A stretch of 64,000 nucleotides of DNA from Girardia tigrina (Eukaryota). Both the position numbers and the translations under genes were made by a program. Location: NCBI GenBank assembly GCA_001938485.1, contig MQRK01199219.1:4475-68474 (forward strand), read 5' to 3'. Shown here in pieces: positions 25,665 to 38,581 of the stretch. The notes beneath the pieces were generated by a model that had not been told where the DNA came from, searched no databases, and worked only from the letters and a program-made list of their open reading frames with translations. Every line of letters begins with the position of its first letter. Positions within the stretch are counted from its first letter, which is position 1.

Positions 25665-25668
<4 letters not shown>
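24373..25668 (+). mobile_element. Divergent DD34D mariner, full length, inactivated, inserted in a (TA)n tract
   Basis: TIR ttggttcgtaccagaaag / ctttctggtatgaactaa; (TA)n on both flanks. VDEK ... HDKARPH ... QSPYSPDYNILD has 34 residues between the second and third D; frameshifts and a stop at 25278. Confidence 0.92.
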
Positions 25669-25703
<35 letters not shown>

Positions 25704-26473
25704 TTATGTAATATTCCAAAAATAATATAAAAAATAAAATGCGTTTGATTTATTATATTTACAATAAAATTAAATAATTAATATTAATATTTCACTTCCC
25801 CTATCTCGTTTTTAAAAATAATATAAACGAAGTAATATTATCCCAATTATCTGCCGTATATCCTTATTCTAATCCTCAAATATGTTATCGGCAGCTTTCC
25901 TTATATTCTCGCAACAAAAGATCATTATAAAAAATATACAAAAAACAAAGACTTCAAAGGATTCCATCGAGACAAAACCGATATATAAATAAAGATAAAT
26001 ATTTTATTTAGTTGATTATTACTAAACATTAGATTTTTTTCTGGATAAGTCAAAACAATTGAATGAATTTTACAACACGAATGGGGAAAACCCTGCTTAG
26101 ATAAATAACAGGCGAACAATGGAAATTCCTATGAAAAAAACGAAAAAAAATAAATAAATTGATCAACAGTTTTAATGGTTCTTAAATTTTCATTATTAAC
26201 TTTTATCTCATTCCGCTAAATAGTTTATAATCACGAAATATAATATTTACACCTTTACCAAATGACCATGACACCGGGCTTGGAATTTAATTCATTTTAT
26301 AACTTTACCAATAAATATATTTAATTAAAACAAAACGACAACTCCAGTAATAAAAAATAATTTAACTGAAAACAATTTTGAGTAATAATTTAGTTTTTTT
26401 CAGACTATTTAACAACATATTCCTAAATCTGATTAAATTGGGCTTGAAACCCGTTGACTCATATGCTTGGAAT

Positions 26474-27176
26474 GGGTACGGGACATTTCGACGCGGGGAC
26501 ATTTCGACGCCAGAAATTAGGATTTAAATGAAATAGGAATAAAATGAAATAATTGGTTATTAATTAGGTATTTTAGGATTAAAATGAAATAATTTGTTAT
26601 TAATTAACATTTTTGGGAAAAAATGAAATAATTTGTTACTAATTAGGATTTTGGGGCATAAAATGAAAGAATTTGTTACTAATTAGGAAGTATATTTTCT
26701 AAACTATTTTGTGTTTATATTAAAAATAATATTGAAGTAGTTATTTATATATATTAATAATTATTTATAATTTTTAATCAAAATTTTACATTATATGTGG
26801 ATGGATCAATAGGTCTGTGACATGTTCCGTTTCCAACGTTTTAACGATAATTGCAATTCTATTCACATAAACAAACTTCTATAAATATACATTTTATTCC
26901 CAAAATTCCTAATTAATAACCAATTAATTCATTTCATTCCCAAAAATCCTAATTAATAACAAATTATTTTATTTTATTCCCAAAATTTCTAATTAATAAC
27001 AAATTATTTAATATTTTTCCTAAAATTCCTAATTAATAACCAATTAATTCATTTTATTCCCAAAAATCCTAATTAATAACAAATTATTTAATTTTATTCC
27101 TATTTCATTTAAATCCTAATTTCTGGCGTCGAAATGTCCCCGCGTCGAAACGGCGGTGTCGAGATGTCCTGCTTCG
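26474..27176. mobile_element. Non-autonomous MULE/foldback element
   Basis: Perfect 9-bp TSD GCTTGGAAT (26465-26473 / 27177-27185); long inverted arms starting with ggacatttcgacg repeats and built of ~39-bp tandem units. Confidence 0.9.
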
Positions 27177-27809
27177 GCTTGGAATACGTCTTAAGGAACA
27201 TCCTCAATTAAAAACTCACAATAAAGTTGTAGAGAGTGCAGTTTGGATGTGAATTTTAGAACACAAATATAACATGTGGCTTTTTGAACATTAATCTTGC
27301 AACCATAAATAAATTTACAATTTATTTTAAAAATAATAGATAGTAAAAGCAATTCACCATGAAGAAGAATACATTGAAATTGTAAAATGGAAACTAAATT
27401 AAATAAAATTTCAATTTTAAATTAAAAAATAAATATTGAATATCAAAAATTTTAAATAAAAAGATTAATTGCAAGACTTATTAAAGTTCGAAAAAGCCTA
27501 CAAATAATATATTTGACAAAAAATAATACCGTAAATGATCAAAAATTTTTAAAAGGTTTTAAAATTTTTAAATTAAATTGCTCTTAAATGACAAAACCTC
27601 AAAAAAAACATCTATCAGATATTAAGATGGTAGACACATTACTCTAAGTGGCATATAATTTATATTCTTTATTTAGAAAATTATGCTTTTGGTTTGGAAA
27701 TTATACTATTGACTTGGAAATGGTATACAAAGATACTTTTAACTATTTTATAGAGAATGTAAAAAAAAAACGATTGCATGTTATAATCTTTTTTTATATT
27801 CTTGATTAA

Positions 27810-28420
27810 AAAAACTGAACGCAATCTTCAGACTAAATTAACAATAGTTTTTGCAGCTCATATAAATGAAAATGATAATTGTGCAATTAATTATTTAAAA
27901 GTCTCTATTTGAAAATGTTTAACAGAGAAGTAGAGTGTGAAGCTTTAATATTAATTTTTGTATCCATGGATCTTCTTTCATTTCACAGCAGGCATGACAC
28001 GTTACTCTCTCCCAATAATTTCTAAATCGATTACACAGAATTTAAAAATCATTTTCTTCGATTTTCTTTTTATATTTTAAACTATGTTCCGCGAGGATTG
28101 GTCCCATTATCCGATTGATTTAAAAAGAAAATCGAAGAAAATGATTTTCAAATTCTATGTAATCGATTTAAAAATTACGGGTAGAGTAACGTGAAACACC
28201 TTATTTATAAGATCCATCGATCCGAAAATTAATATTCAAACTTCACACTCAACTTCTCTGTTAAACATTTTCAAATAAGACATTTATTACATAATTAATT
28301 ACATAATCATCATTTTCATATATATGCTGTAAAAACTAGTGTTAATTTATTCTGAAAATGGCGGGTAATCTGTAGAAATTTATAACAATAAATTTTACAA
28401 AATGGTATTCAGTTTTCATT
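27810..28420. mobile_element. Two Penelope-like 3' ends joined head-to-head (inverted repeat, ~280-bp arms)
   Basis: Both arms match 39520-39850; the right arm encodes IEENDFQILCNRFKNY ... IRSIDPKINIQTSHSTSLLNIFK* (GIY-YIG C-terminus); decayed hammerhead at 28352. Confidence 0.85.
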
Positions 28421-30591
28421 TAAAAGGATTAAAATAATTTTCTTTAAAAACAATATTTTATCAAAATTGTCTCTATGAAATCAGTTTAGTTGAATTTTTT
28501 AGTTTAGATTTTAAATAATTTTATTCAGTTTCCTTCATGATGAATTATTTTATTATCGATTATGTTTAAAATTAATTTTGAAAGGGTATTAGTGATTACA
28601 ATAATGTTAATAATGATTTAAACAGTTTTAATCGTCACTCTCTTTCAATAATTCTTAACTAAAGTACGCCTAAGTTTCGAGAATTTATACCATACAATGT
28701 TTTCTATACCTAGCAATATTACGTCTCCTTCATTACGATTGTGCTATCGGATTCTTTACAGAGATTATGTGAAATATCTCCTATACATAACGTTTCACGC
28801 CAACGACATGAATGATTAATTGTTGAATATACTTCTTATGTATTTTGAGTATGTGATATTATTTATTAATTTATCGCATTATTTGGAATTTTTACTATTT
28901 TAAACCCTTTTGGATATGACACAGTTAAAACTTATCAAATTGCTAAACAGATATTATTAATGTCACAAGTTTAATCGTGATCTTGAACATCTGAAGATTT
29001 TTTATTAAATGTTTAATTAAAGCTTGTTTATTTATGGTTATTTTGTTAAGGTTCTTTTCAGTTTTTGAATGAAGGATTCTAACGCACAGGGCCAATTGGG
29101 AAGCAACTACAGCTATAATTATTGCCATTTATGATATTCCTACATCTCTTCTTTCATCGTCAACGGGCAAATTGAATCGAAAAATTTGTTTAAATAAAAT
29201 CGTGCCCACTTTATTTTTGACATCGTCTACATCAGTATATATCAGTAAAATCGGCATATCCTGATTCTAAAATGATTTTTAATTTCACTTTTTTTATTTA
29301 ACAAACTTCAGTAATCAATAATCTAGAGAATATTCCTGTCGATTTCTTTACAATTTCGCTTTGGATTCGTCATTAAGGAGTTGCTAGAAATCTTCCATTT
29401 AAATTGATATTGTGTCATAAAATTCAATAATCAATGACGATAAATTTTAAAAAAATACTCGATCAATATCCAAATTTCATTTAGACTAAGCAAACGTTGA
29501 TAGGAAAAGATTTCAACAAAAAAAATAAAATAAGAATTTTATCGTCCACACAAAAATTTCATTTTAGTACAAAAATTTTATAATTAAAAAGCATATTTCT
29601 TTTATTATTCAATATGAAACAGTTAAATTTGTTAATTAACAAAGTGTGGTAGAAGAAGTCATTGCAGTTCATAATTTTTGTAACAAGCTTCCTTTAGCTT
29701 TGCTCCTGACTTTTAGAAACAATGAACCCAGAATTTGATAAATCAGGAAGTATTATACTTATATTTTTTTACTTTTTACATTCTTATTAGAAAAATGTAT
29801 TAAATTGATTCAGTCCTAGGGTTCATATATACCAACCTCTGCACAAAGTTGTTCATAGGTATAAATTGTGTGTATGACTTACAATTTAACTGACAAAAAT
29901 GATTCTTTTTATCGTTTTGTTCGTAACCAAACTTTATATTCATGTATCGTGCGTATTCAAGCCATACACTATTTTTCTTCCAACCCTTATTGTCTTTTTT
30001 TATCACTTTTACTTTTTTAATGATAATGTCTCTATTTCATTGTACCCAGAGGGTTTCATCAGTAATCCCATATTGGAAATATTCCCTTAGAACTCTGAAC
30101 GCATGCTACAACATCACGGACCTCATACAAATAAAATCTTTCGATATAATTATTTATCCAATTTGATAAAGTTTATCTCATTCATTTAACTCATTCTACA
30201 TTTACAGATTGTTGTTTTCACCATAAATAATCTTGAAACTACAGAAAAGAAGTATAGGCGTAAATGGAAGATTCCACATGTGTATGATTACAAGTTAAGG
30301 GAGAAGATATGGTTTTATAAATAATTTCTTTTATCAAAATTAATGGGTTCTTAAAAAATTGTAAATCGAGAAATTGTTTTGCAATTATATAATTTATTTT
30401 TGTTGAAACAAGTTATTGTATTTATATAAAGTTTATAGAATCTAACAGTTCCTGGCCCGGGTTGATCACTTTAAATTTGCTTCTTCGATTGAATTTTCTC
30501 AACCTAAAATAAGATTTCTTGGTCAAACTAAATTGTTTTGTTGACGTCGACTTCGAATATATTATTTATTTATCTATAATGTTTTTGTTCT

Positions 30592-30850
30592 TGTGAGGGA
30601 AAAATCTGAATGTTGTAAGTTTGTTGCTTGTATGCTGTTTAGATTTGTGACTCTCCTACTCAGATGGGATTGATATGTTATTGATTAATTATATAAATCT
30701 AATGATATTAATTTAATCAGATTAATGTTCAAATACTAATTAATTAAAAGTTTTATTATTATAAATTCTCGTAATATTTTTTAGTAAAACTATTTTAACT
30801 TATTAAATTTTAGATATTTTCGAAATTCATCCATTTAAAAATATATTTCA
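30592..30850 (+). mobile_element. Solo-LTR-like element, TGTGAGG family, 3'-truncated at a Penelope remnant
   Basis: tgtgagggaaaaat ... gactctcctactcagatgggattgatatg, nearly identical to the 57720 copy; similarity stops near 30850. Confidence 0.8.
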
Positions 30851-31100
30851 AGACAATATATTTCGACGGATGTACCGTCATCTTCAGGTCACTAATTAAT
30901 AATCAATTCACCTGTATATAAATACAAAAATGATGATTATGCACTCTCATTCTCAATAAGCTGGTTGAGACTGCCGATTGAGCATTTATTTTAGGGCAAT
31001 GTGACCTAATTTACAATGCTTCACATGACACTCTCTCTCAATAACTGTCGAATTGGGGCTTAAATTGGACATCAATCCATACAGCGATGACAAATTCCAA
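30845..31100 (-). mobile_element. Penelope-like 3' remnant (GIY-YIG C-terminus plus pLTR)
   Basis: Minus strand FDSY*ERVSCEAL*IRSHCPKINAQSAVSTSLL, homologous to the C-termini at 39600 and 44671; followed by a hammerhead. Confidence 0.8.
30852..30890 (-). ncRNA. Minimal type-I hammerhead ribozyme
   Basis: gac-CTGAAGA-t-gacgg[tacat]ccgtc-GAAA-tata-TT-gtc: perfect 5-bp stem II, 3-bp helix I, AUU cleavage triplet. Confidence 0.88.
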
Positions 31101-34100
31101 TACCAGATTAAAAATGACGAAATACTTAGTAAAGCTACAAACATTATCATGAATATATTAGCTTCTGATAATTCAAACGTATATGTTGTTTCTTTATATG
31201 CTGATCTCCTTTGCCTACTTTTTCCTTTTGCTTCTAGTCACAATATTGTGAGAAAATGTCTGGAAAAACTTTGTATTTAGTTCAGTATGTTTGAGTCTCT
31301 AGATCCTAATTGTCCTCAATATATGCAATGGCGCCAATTAAACAAAAATTGTGGTGTTTGGATTTTAAGGATCTTTAGAGATTTTGATTTTTTAATTACT
31401 TCATATCTTTTTGAAAATATTTTTGGTTATTATTACGGACTGGGTTGTAATACGAGTAATATTTGAATTTCGGCAATTTGCCAAAATCGATTACATAACA
31501 GTAGGTGCTGTTCTTCTGATCACTGCAATGCTCCAAACGAAACAGAATTGGCCTACATGATGAAAGAAGTGATTTATTATAATCCGATTCTTGAAGAAAA
31601 TAACAATCAATATTATTTGATTTTCATTATTGTTATTGTGATTATTCTTTTCTTTTTGGCTTGTGAACTGATTCGAAGGAAACACTGATCAGTGAGATTT
31701 GAACCGATCAAAAAAAACGAACTGAAGATTCGATATCTGCGGCGCTCCAACGTCCCAAAAGCCGGCAGCAAGGTCCGGGTATGCTAATTTATTTTTCCTC
31801 CCCCGACCAAATTTTTTCCCTCTTTCGCCAGCGTGCAGCGGCCGCAAAACCGCTACGCCCGCTCTAGCACCAGTTAATCATCGTGAAACTAAAATATTAT
31901 TATTATTTATATTTAATTTTTTTATCAATATTTATATTATTTTATATTGTTATAATGTTTCACAAATTAAATTTATTGTATTAATCAATAATTAGCCATT
32001 TTCTGCAAAATTATTCTGTGATTATCCACAAATATCTTAATAAATTAAAAAAATTAAATTTGAATTTGTGTTCCTCTTTGATTTGTCATAATACCATATA
32101 TTTTTGATATATTTTCGTATTAAGTATATTTATAGACTCCTTACTAATTATAGTTCATTTGATTAAATCATTGTCATGAGAAATTTTCTAAAAAACTACC
32201 GATTTTCTGGACCCGGTTTATATCACTCTTTCCGATAATTTTTCCGCCATAAAAATAACATTTTGGTGGTTTTAGGTATAAAAAAGCCTTAAAGACTTGA
32301 CTATTCAAATCAGCTATGGATACTAACTATTCGGTCTAAAATTTTCAATCCAGAAAAGCAGCTCAAGATTCCGCCATGATCATGAGGTTGGACCGTACCG
32401 AAACATACACCAGTGACCAAGAATTCCCATCAAAATCCTAATTCAATTAAAAAAAACTTTCAAACAATAGCAAATTAATTATAGAAATTTTAAAAACAAA
32501 TTTAGTAATAAATAAAAATACAATCTTAATCAAGTTTGGTCCCAATCGTATTGCTCTCACGTCATTTGATATAAAAAAATAAGTTGAACTATAAAAAAAC
32601 TTTGTTTGAATAAACAGTAAATGAGAAATTAAAAGTGTGATGTTCAAAAACAAGTCGAAAAGTATGAAAATGTAGAGATTTATGTCTATTAACAAAAAAA
32701 ACTTTGTTTATTATTCATGATGTTCTGTTTTATTCGATGGAATTTATATGTCTCGACCGATCTTTATATTGTCTAGTAGGCAGTATGGAGTTCGAGTCTC
32801 ACACACATAAATACTCCCCTTAACTTGCTCGTCATTTTTCCATCCGAGCTTCTCGATCTGGCCACTACATCTCGATTCTGAATCTTTAAAACTGAGAAAG
32901 TGTGCTCAAAAAATATGTATAGTCCTCACGATTATGAAATCTCACTTCAAATGACATTCTGATTTGAAAAAGAAGCTGCAGAATTCCATCCCGGAAAGTT
33001 TCAGTCGATCGTTGTGGTTTCCGTAATATTTTACTGTTAAATCATTGATAATATAAGAGTGGTTTAAAAAAAGTATTTTATTAATTGACTCCTTTCATAT
33101 TTGAACAAAATATTTTTATTGTGTAAACAGAACATTTTTGGCGTCCAAATTTCAAACTTTAGAGCATGTTACAATATTTGAGAAAAAGAGACTTAAAATA
33201 TTTTAATTTACTTAAGAAAAAAATTTAGAAAGTCTAACTTCAAATAAAAAAGTTTTGAGGAAATATGATATGTATCAGACTTCTTTCCGGAAACAAAAGT
33301 CAATGTGCACTCATGAAATTAGAAAGCTCAAAATTTTTGTTCATTGAAAATAAACTCAGTTCATATATTTTACAAAATAATTGAAAAGAAAAGAAAAATT
33401 AATTCTGATAATATTATATTATTAAAAATATTTAAAGTATATAATTTGAGAAGACATCTTAATTGATGTTAAGGCTTAAAATTTTGACATAAATGATAAA
33501 TCAAATTTTCTCATAAAAATGTTCTGTTCTCTCTGTTTCTTTTTAAAAGTATATATATATAAATAATTTAAAATTCCTTTAAAAAAATCAAAATTTTTAA
33601 AATTATTTAAAAAAATTTTAGGAACCCGTCCCAAATATGTATGACGTTTGCATCTATATACCGAGATGCATATTGAACCAAAGATCAAATTCTTGATCTC
33701 AATATTTAAGAACAACTTTAACTTTTAAACCTGTATTCAGGGTAAATGTCTCTATAAAATACTTACAAGATTTACGAGATACAAAAAATGAATTTGGTAT
33801 TCCTATTTTTTTGGTCATTTAGGATTTTTAAATGTTATACATTTTATATTCATTCAATAAAAAACTCCAGTATAATTATTAATAAATCGACCAATTATCC
33901 AAAATAAGAATAAATTGATTATTTAATAGTCAAAATTTGGATTAAACACATATCAACATGAAAGCATTAAAAAACAATCGAATAAATTCTGTATTAATGG
34001 ACAAATATTTTGAAAAATAAATAAATATTATTATTTATTGTTAAAATTGTTGTGAAAGAGAATATTTAACTAAGAAAAATATATTTGAATTAAAATTTAC

Positions 34101-34301
34101 AATACTGATTATTAAAATAACACACATTCCAAAACATTAATATTTACATAATTATTCCACAAAAATGATGAATAAATTTATCCTAAGTTTTAAATTTAAT
34201 ATAATTAAATTAAATTTTGAAAAATATCAAAATTATTCAGGTCATTTGTTAATGTCTTAATCATTTAAAAGTATTTTTGAAAAAAAATAATAATTGGAGA
34301 T

Positions 34302-35900
34302 TGTGAGGAATATTTTCGAATAGTATTTCTTGTATGTTGTGTTTGGAATGTTGTTTGTATGATTTTGTTTCTTTCATCTATTGGGTTGGCCAAAAAGTCA
34401 TTGCGTTTTTTACTAAAATATTTATTATCAAAAAATGACATGGATGCACAAATATTTTTACACGATATACTGTCCATTATTTTCAATCACTTTCTTCCAC
34501 CTTTCCGGTAGCTTCATTATTCCTGATTCATAAAAACCTTTGCCTTTGTCAGCAAAAAAGCCGTCTATGAACGATTTGATGTCATCATCACTTGCGATTG
34601 TTTTTCTGTTTAAGGAATTCTGCAGTGATCTAAATAAATGAAAATCCGATGGGGCCAAGTCTGGAGAAAACGGTGGGTGCGGCAAAACCTCCCAACCCAG
34701 TGATAAGAGTTTCTGGCGAGTGGTCAAACTTGTATGTGGTCTTGTGTTATCATGCTGAATTATAACTCCTTTTCGATTTGCCAATTCAGGACGTTCCTGT
34801 AGAATTGAATGAGCCAATTTCTCCAGCTGACCACAGTATCTGTCTGAATTGATAGTTTCATTCCTCAGAAGAAGTTCAAAAAACACAATTCCTTTAAAAT
34901 CCCACCAGACGAAAAGCATAACTTCTTTTGGTGAATTTCTGCTTTTTGAATCGTTTTGGTAGGCTCACCACGTTTTTTCCATGATCGTTTCCACATTGTT
35001 GTAAACAATCCATTTTTCGTCACCCGTAATCAAGCGCTTCAAAAATGGATCACTTTGTTCTCGATTCAAAAGGGAATCGCAAATGTCTATACATTTCACT
35101 AAATGCATTTCTTTTAGTTCATGTGGTAACCACATATCGAGTTTACTGACGAATCCAAGTTTCTTTAAATGACTTCCAACACTTGATTTTGATATTTCCA
35201 GAGTCTCTGCAACTTCTCTTGTCTTCATATGTGGTTTAGATTTGATCAGTGCTGTTATTTTGTCGCCATCAACTTCAACTGGTCGACCGGAGCGTGGCGC
35301 ATCTTTCAGATGAAATTTTTCAGAACGAAATTTAGAAAACCAGTATTGACACTGTCGAAGTTTTAAGGAGTCACTACCATATACAAAACATATCTTCTTA
35401 TGAGCTTGCACAGCGGTTTTCCCTTTGCGAAAATAATGCAACAAAACATGACGAATATGCTCATTTTGATTTTCCAGTTCGAATTGACGGTAAAGTAATA
35501 AATTAAAACAAAATCAATTAATATTTTGTATAAACATAGTCTGAAAATTAAGGTTTCAGAATATATAATTGAATTTAAACTTTATCACATCGTTTTATAT
35601 TTTCAAGCTTTTTATTAGGACGTACTCAAAAACGCAATGAATTTTTGGCCAACCCAATAGTTGGAAGATTGATGTTTTGAATGTTTTGAACCATCGGATT
35701 ATTTGGACAAGTTTGAAATGTAAATATCAATTTTAAAATTAAATTAAGATATTTTAATCAATAAATATATAATAATATTTTAATCAAAACTTTTAAAATA
35801 TATTTGAAACTGATTTTAATCCTGACGAAGGTATTTAAAAATTTAAAAAAAATTAAAAATCAAATAGACTTAAAATTCATCAAAAACTTTTAGAAAACTA
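34302..35900 (+). mobile_element. Solo-LTR-like element, TGTGAGG family, split by a mariner
   Basis: 34302-34380 joined to 35660 onward aligns with the reverse complement of 59700-59992; 3' end not resolved. Confidence 0.7.
34381..35657 (-). mobile_element. Mariner, mellifera-subfamily-like, full length (1277 bp), inactivated; same family as 15449
   Basis: TIR ttgggttggccaaaaagtcattgcgttttt, TA TSD; [28 protein letters not shown] (DD34D); start codon mutated to CTG; frameshifts near 34920-34990. Confidence 0.96.
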
Positions 35901-37059
35901 AAATGATGAAATATTTTTCAAACAAATTTGTATCATCAGATAAAAAATGTATTAATTTTTGTCTTTTTCCTTTGAAAAAGACAGTTGTTCGGTACTGGAG
36001 AATCGAGGTTATCATTGATTGAAAGATGTGCTCACGAAATGAAGGTTGTAAATGTACCCTCAGTAAACTAAATTTCGTTAGTTGATTGAGGATTATTTTT
36101 ACTAAACAAATAATAAACTATTTTAGATAGACCAAATGTAATAATCAAAACAAATTAAGAACAATTAACGGAAGGGTAAAGACGAGGTAGAATTGTTTTT
36201 TTAATTATTAACACCAACGAGAAACAGAGATTATTGAGAATCGAACTTTATTCAAGTTAGACTTACGGCTCTGCTGAATATCGCTTCTTTAATTTCGAAT
36301 GTGACGAGTGAGTGAGGATATTGAACAACGCGAGAATTGTTGTTACCGAGGGTCGATGAATATATGATATAAATGTACGGAAGTTGATTGCTTTGCTATT
36401 CGATATAATATGGCTATCTTCCTTGATGAACGAGATATTTTGGAGATTGTAATTGTATGTATAAAAATTTTTAAATTTTCCAAGTATTTATATTATTCAT
36501 CTGGACTTAACATTTATCATTTGCGTTTAATCAAATTTTGAACTTAATTAGACTTAGTTAAGCTAGGATCTTTTAAGGGTTCTAAATTCTAGAGGGAATA
36601 AATAAACCTAGAAGAACGTTTTATGAACGGGATTAGTCAACAGAAGGAGATTTTTTTCAGCATGACAATGTAAAACCTCGTGCTTAAAGTTCTCATATTG
36701 AAGGTATGGATGGATTCTAGGAGGTTATAAACAATTACAACTTAACTTTATTAAGAATTTTTTGATTAAAATTATGGTGAAGCTCAACAATTTATATTAT
36801 TTCATAAAATTATTTTCAAATGATTATTGTATAATAATTAATATAAAATTAATTTTAATAATTTTTACTATAAATTCAAATATTATTCTAATTCTTTATT
36901 TTTTATTAAATATTTTAAGTTAACAAAATAATTCACTCAATAATTCAGATTTTACACATAATTATATTTTTGAGTTATATAATAACAAAAATAATAATAA
37001 ATTTAATTTCTTTAAATCAAATGGTAATTTTGTCATTAAACAAAAATAACACCATTTTA

Positions 37060-37350
37060 ATTTTACATTTTTATTGAAAACATGTTTCGCCACTTTTGTG
37101 GCATCTTCAGTTCTGTATTTAATTAGAAAGTTATTGTTTATATAGAAAGATGACCATTACGTCACAGTGCATTACGTCAAAATACTCTAATATGATTGGA
37201 CGAATCACTTTGTACATTTAGACTAGGTTTACAAAATTTTATCAAGAGTGTTTCAGTAATTGTCATTTCATAATTGTGATCAAAGTTACTAATCAAAACC
37301 CGAAAATCATTTCATTTAATTTACGGGTTTGACTATGTAACTTTTGTAAA
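37060..37350 (-). mobile_element. Penelope-like 3' remnant (GIY-YIG C-terminus plus pLTR)
   Basis: Minus strand NDFRVLISNFDHNYEMTITETLLIKFCKPSLNVQSDSSNHIRVF*, then two TGACGTAA, TATATAAA, a hammerhead and AATAAA. Confidence 0.85.
37076..37113 (-). ncRNA. Minimal type-I hammerhead ribozyme
   Basis: gaa-CTGAAGA-t-gccac[aaaa]gtggc-GAAA-catg-TT-ttc: perfect 5-bp stem II, palindromic ACATGT helix III, GUU triplet. Confidence 0.9.
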
Positions 37351-38149
37351 TAATCACTCTTAAAGCATTTTAAAACATAAGAAACACAAAAACGAAAATA
37401 ATCAATACCAACTATGTTAAACAACAACAATCTTACTCTATATAGCTCTTCCTAAATGATCTTTCGGGTTCTTCTTTCATTTTCAATTGATCTTCTTAAA
37501 AGCTTCTTTTTAAACTTTGAACTGTCTTCACCCAGAAATAACGAATGAATTTTTACATTATGGATGAATTTCGGTACCATATTTTCATTCTGCATATCAA
37601 TAAAAAATTTATTTTTTTATTTTAAATTAAAATAATAATAATTAATTAATTATTCTGTAAAAATCTTATTATTATTTATGAATAATAATAATTATTAATT
37701 ATTAATAAAATGTGAATTTTTCAAAAATTTATAACAGGTTTCATCTCGAAACACAAAAAAACATAATTTTCAATAAAACCTCATGCGACATTGTTTTATC
37801 CACGTAAATATTCATTTAAAACACTTGTCAATAAATTAAAACAAACAATGAAGATTTATAAAATAAAACTGGAAATTTTTTCACTTTTTTTTCTCCAAAC
37901 AAAACGAATTTTTGCTTTTAACTTTTATTGGTAAACTTTTGTTCTCTTGAAACAAAAGAAAAAAAATACAAATTCAACAAGTGATAAAATTAAAACAATT
38001 TTTTATAAATTATTGAAAGTATTTCAAACATATTTTAACACCTTAAATAAGCATAAAAACATTAAAAAAAATTTGAAATAATAAAAAAATATTATTAATT
38101 TTTAAAAATTATTATAAATAATATAATCATACCAAAAAAAAATTTTGGG

Positions 38150-38498
38150 TACAAGCTTTTATAATTTGTCATAAGTTAGCGGTTTTTATTTTTTTCTGTA
38201 TCTATTTCACCCACTTCCCACATTTTTTTGACTGAATTATCAAAGTCTACGAGGCGAAAACCCGCTTTCTATTTGGATTTAGATGTAGCAAATTTCAAAG
38301 CCTACTACTGAAGAAAACAATTACTTTTTTTTGGCCAAACTAAAGGCGGTAGATGAGCAGTGACAGTGAAAAAGTGTATTGTCACCTAGAATACATCGGT
38401 CATGAAAGTTTCATGTGAACGGGAAGTGGGTGAATTTTCGATCGCAAGATTTGATGCATCCAGACAGACAAACAAATGAAACGTAATAAAAGCTTGTA
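38150..38498. mobile_element. Non-autonomous DNA element (MITE or Helentron-associated HINE/DINE-like)
   Basis: TIR tacaagcttttat / ataaaagcttgta; inner IR ttcacccacttccc / gggaagtgggtgaa; short (CAGA)n near the right end. Confidence 0.65.
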
Positions 38499-38581
38499 AA
38501 AAAGACTTTCATTTACTTATGGAAAAAAACAAGAAAGAAAAAATGATTAAAATAATCAAAAAACTTTTGTCACTAGTTTGC

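Noticed and set aside
26520-27120. Regularly spaced ~39-bp repeats superficially like a CRISPR array
   Set aside because: Tandem units without unique spacers, inside the arms of a MULE, in eukaryotic DNA with no cas genes.
32771-32805. A-box/B-box-like gtctagtagg...gttcgagtc (also a B-box-like string at 31692-31706)
   Set aside because: No cloverleaf and the box spacing is too short; cannot support a tRNA or SINE.
35901-35945. Minus-strand CTGATGA...GAAA...TC
   Set aside because: Stem II does not close next to GAAA and helix I does not pair. Expected by chance in AT-rich DNA.
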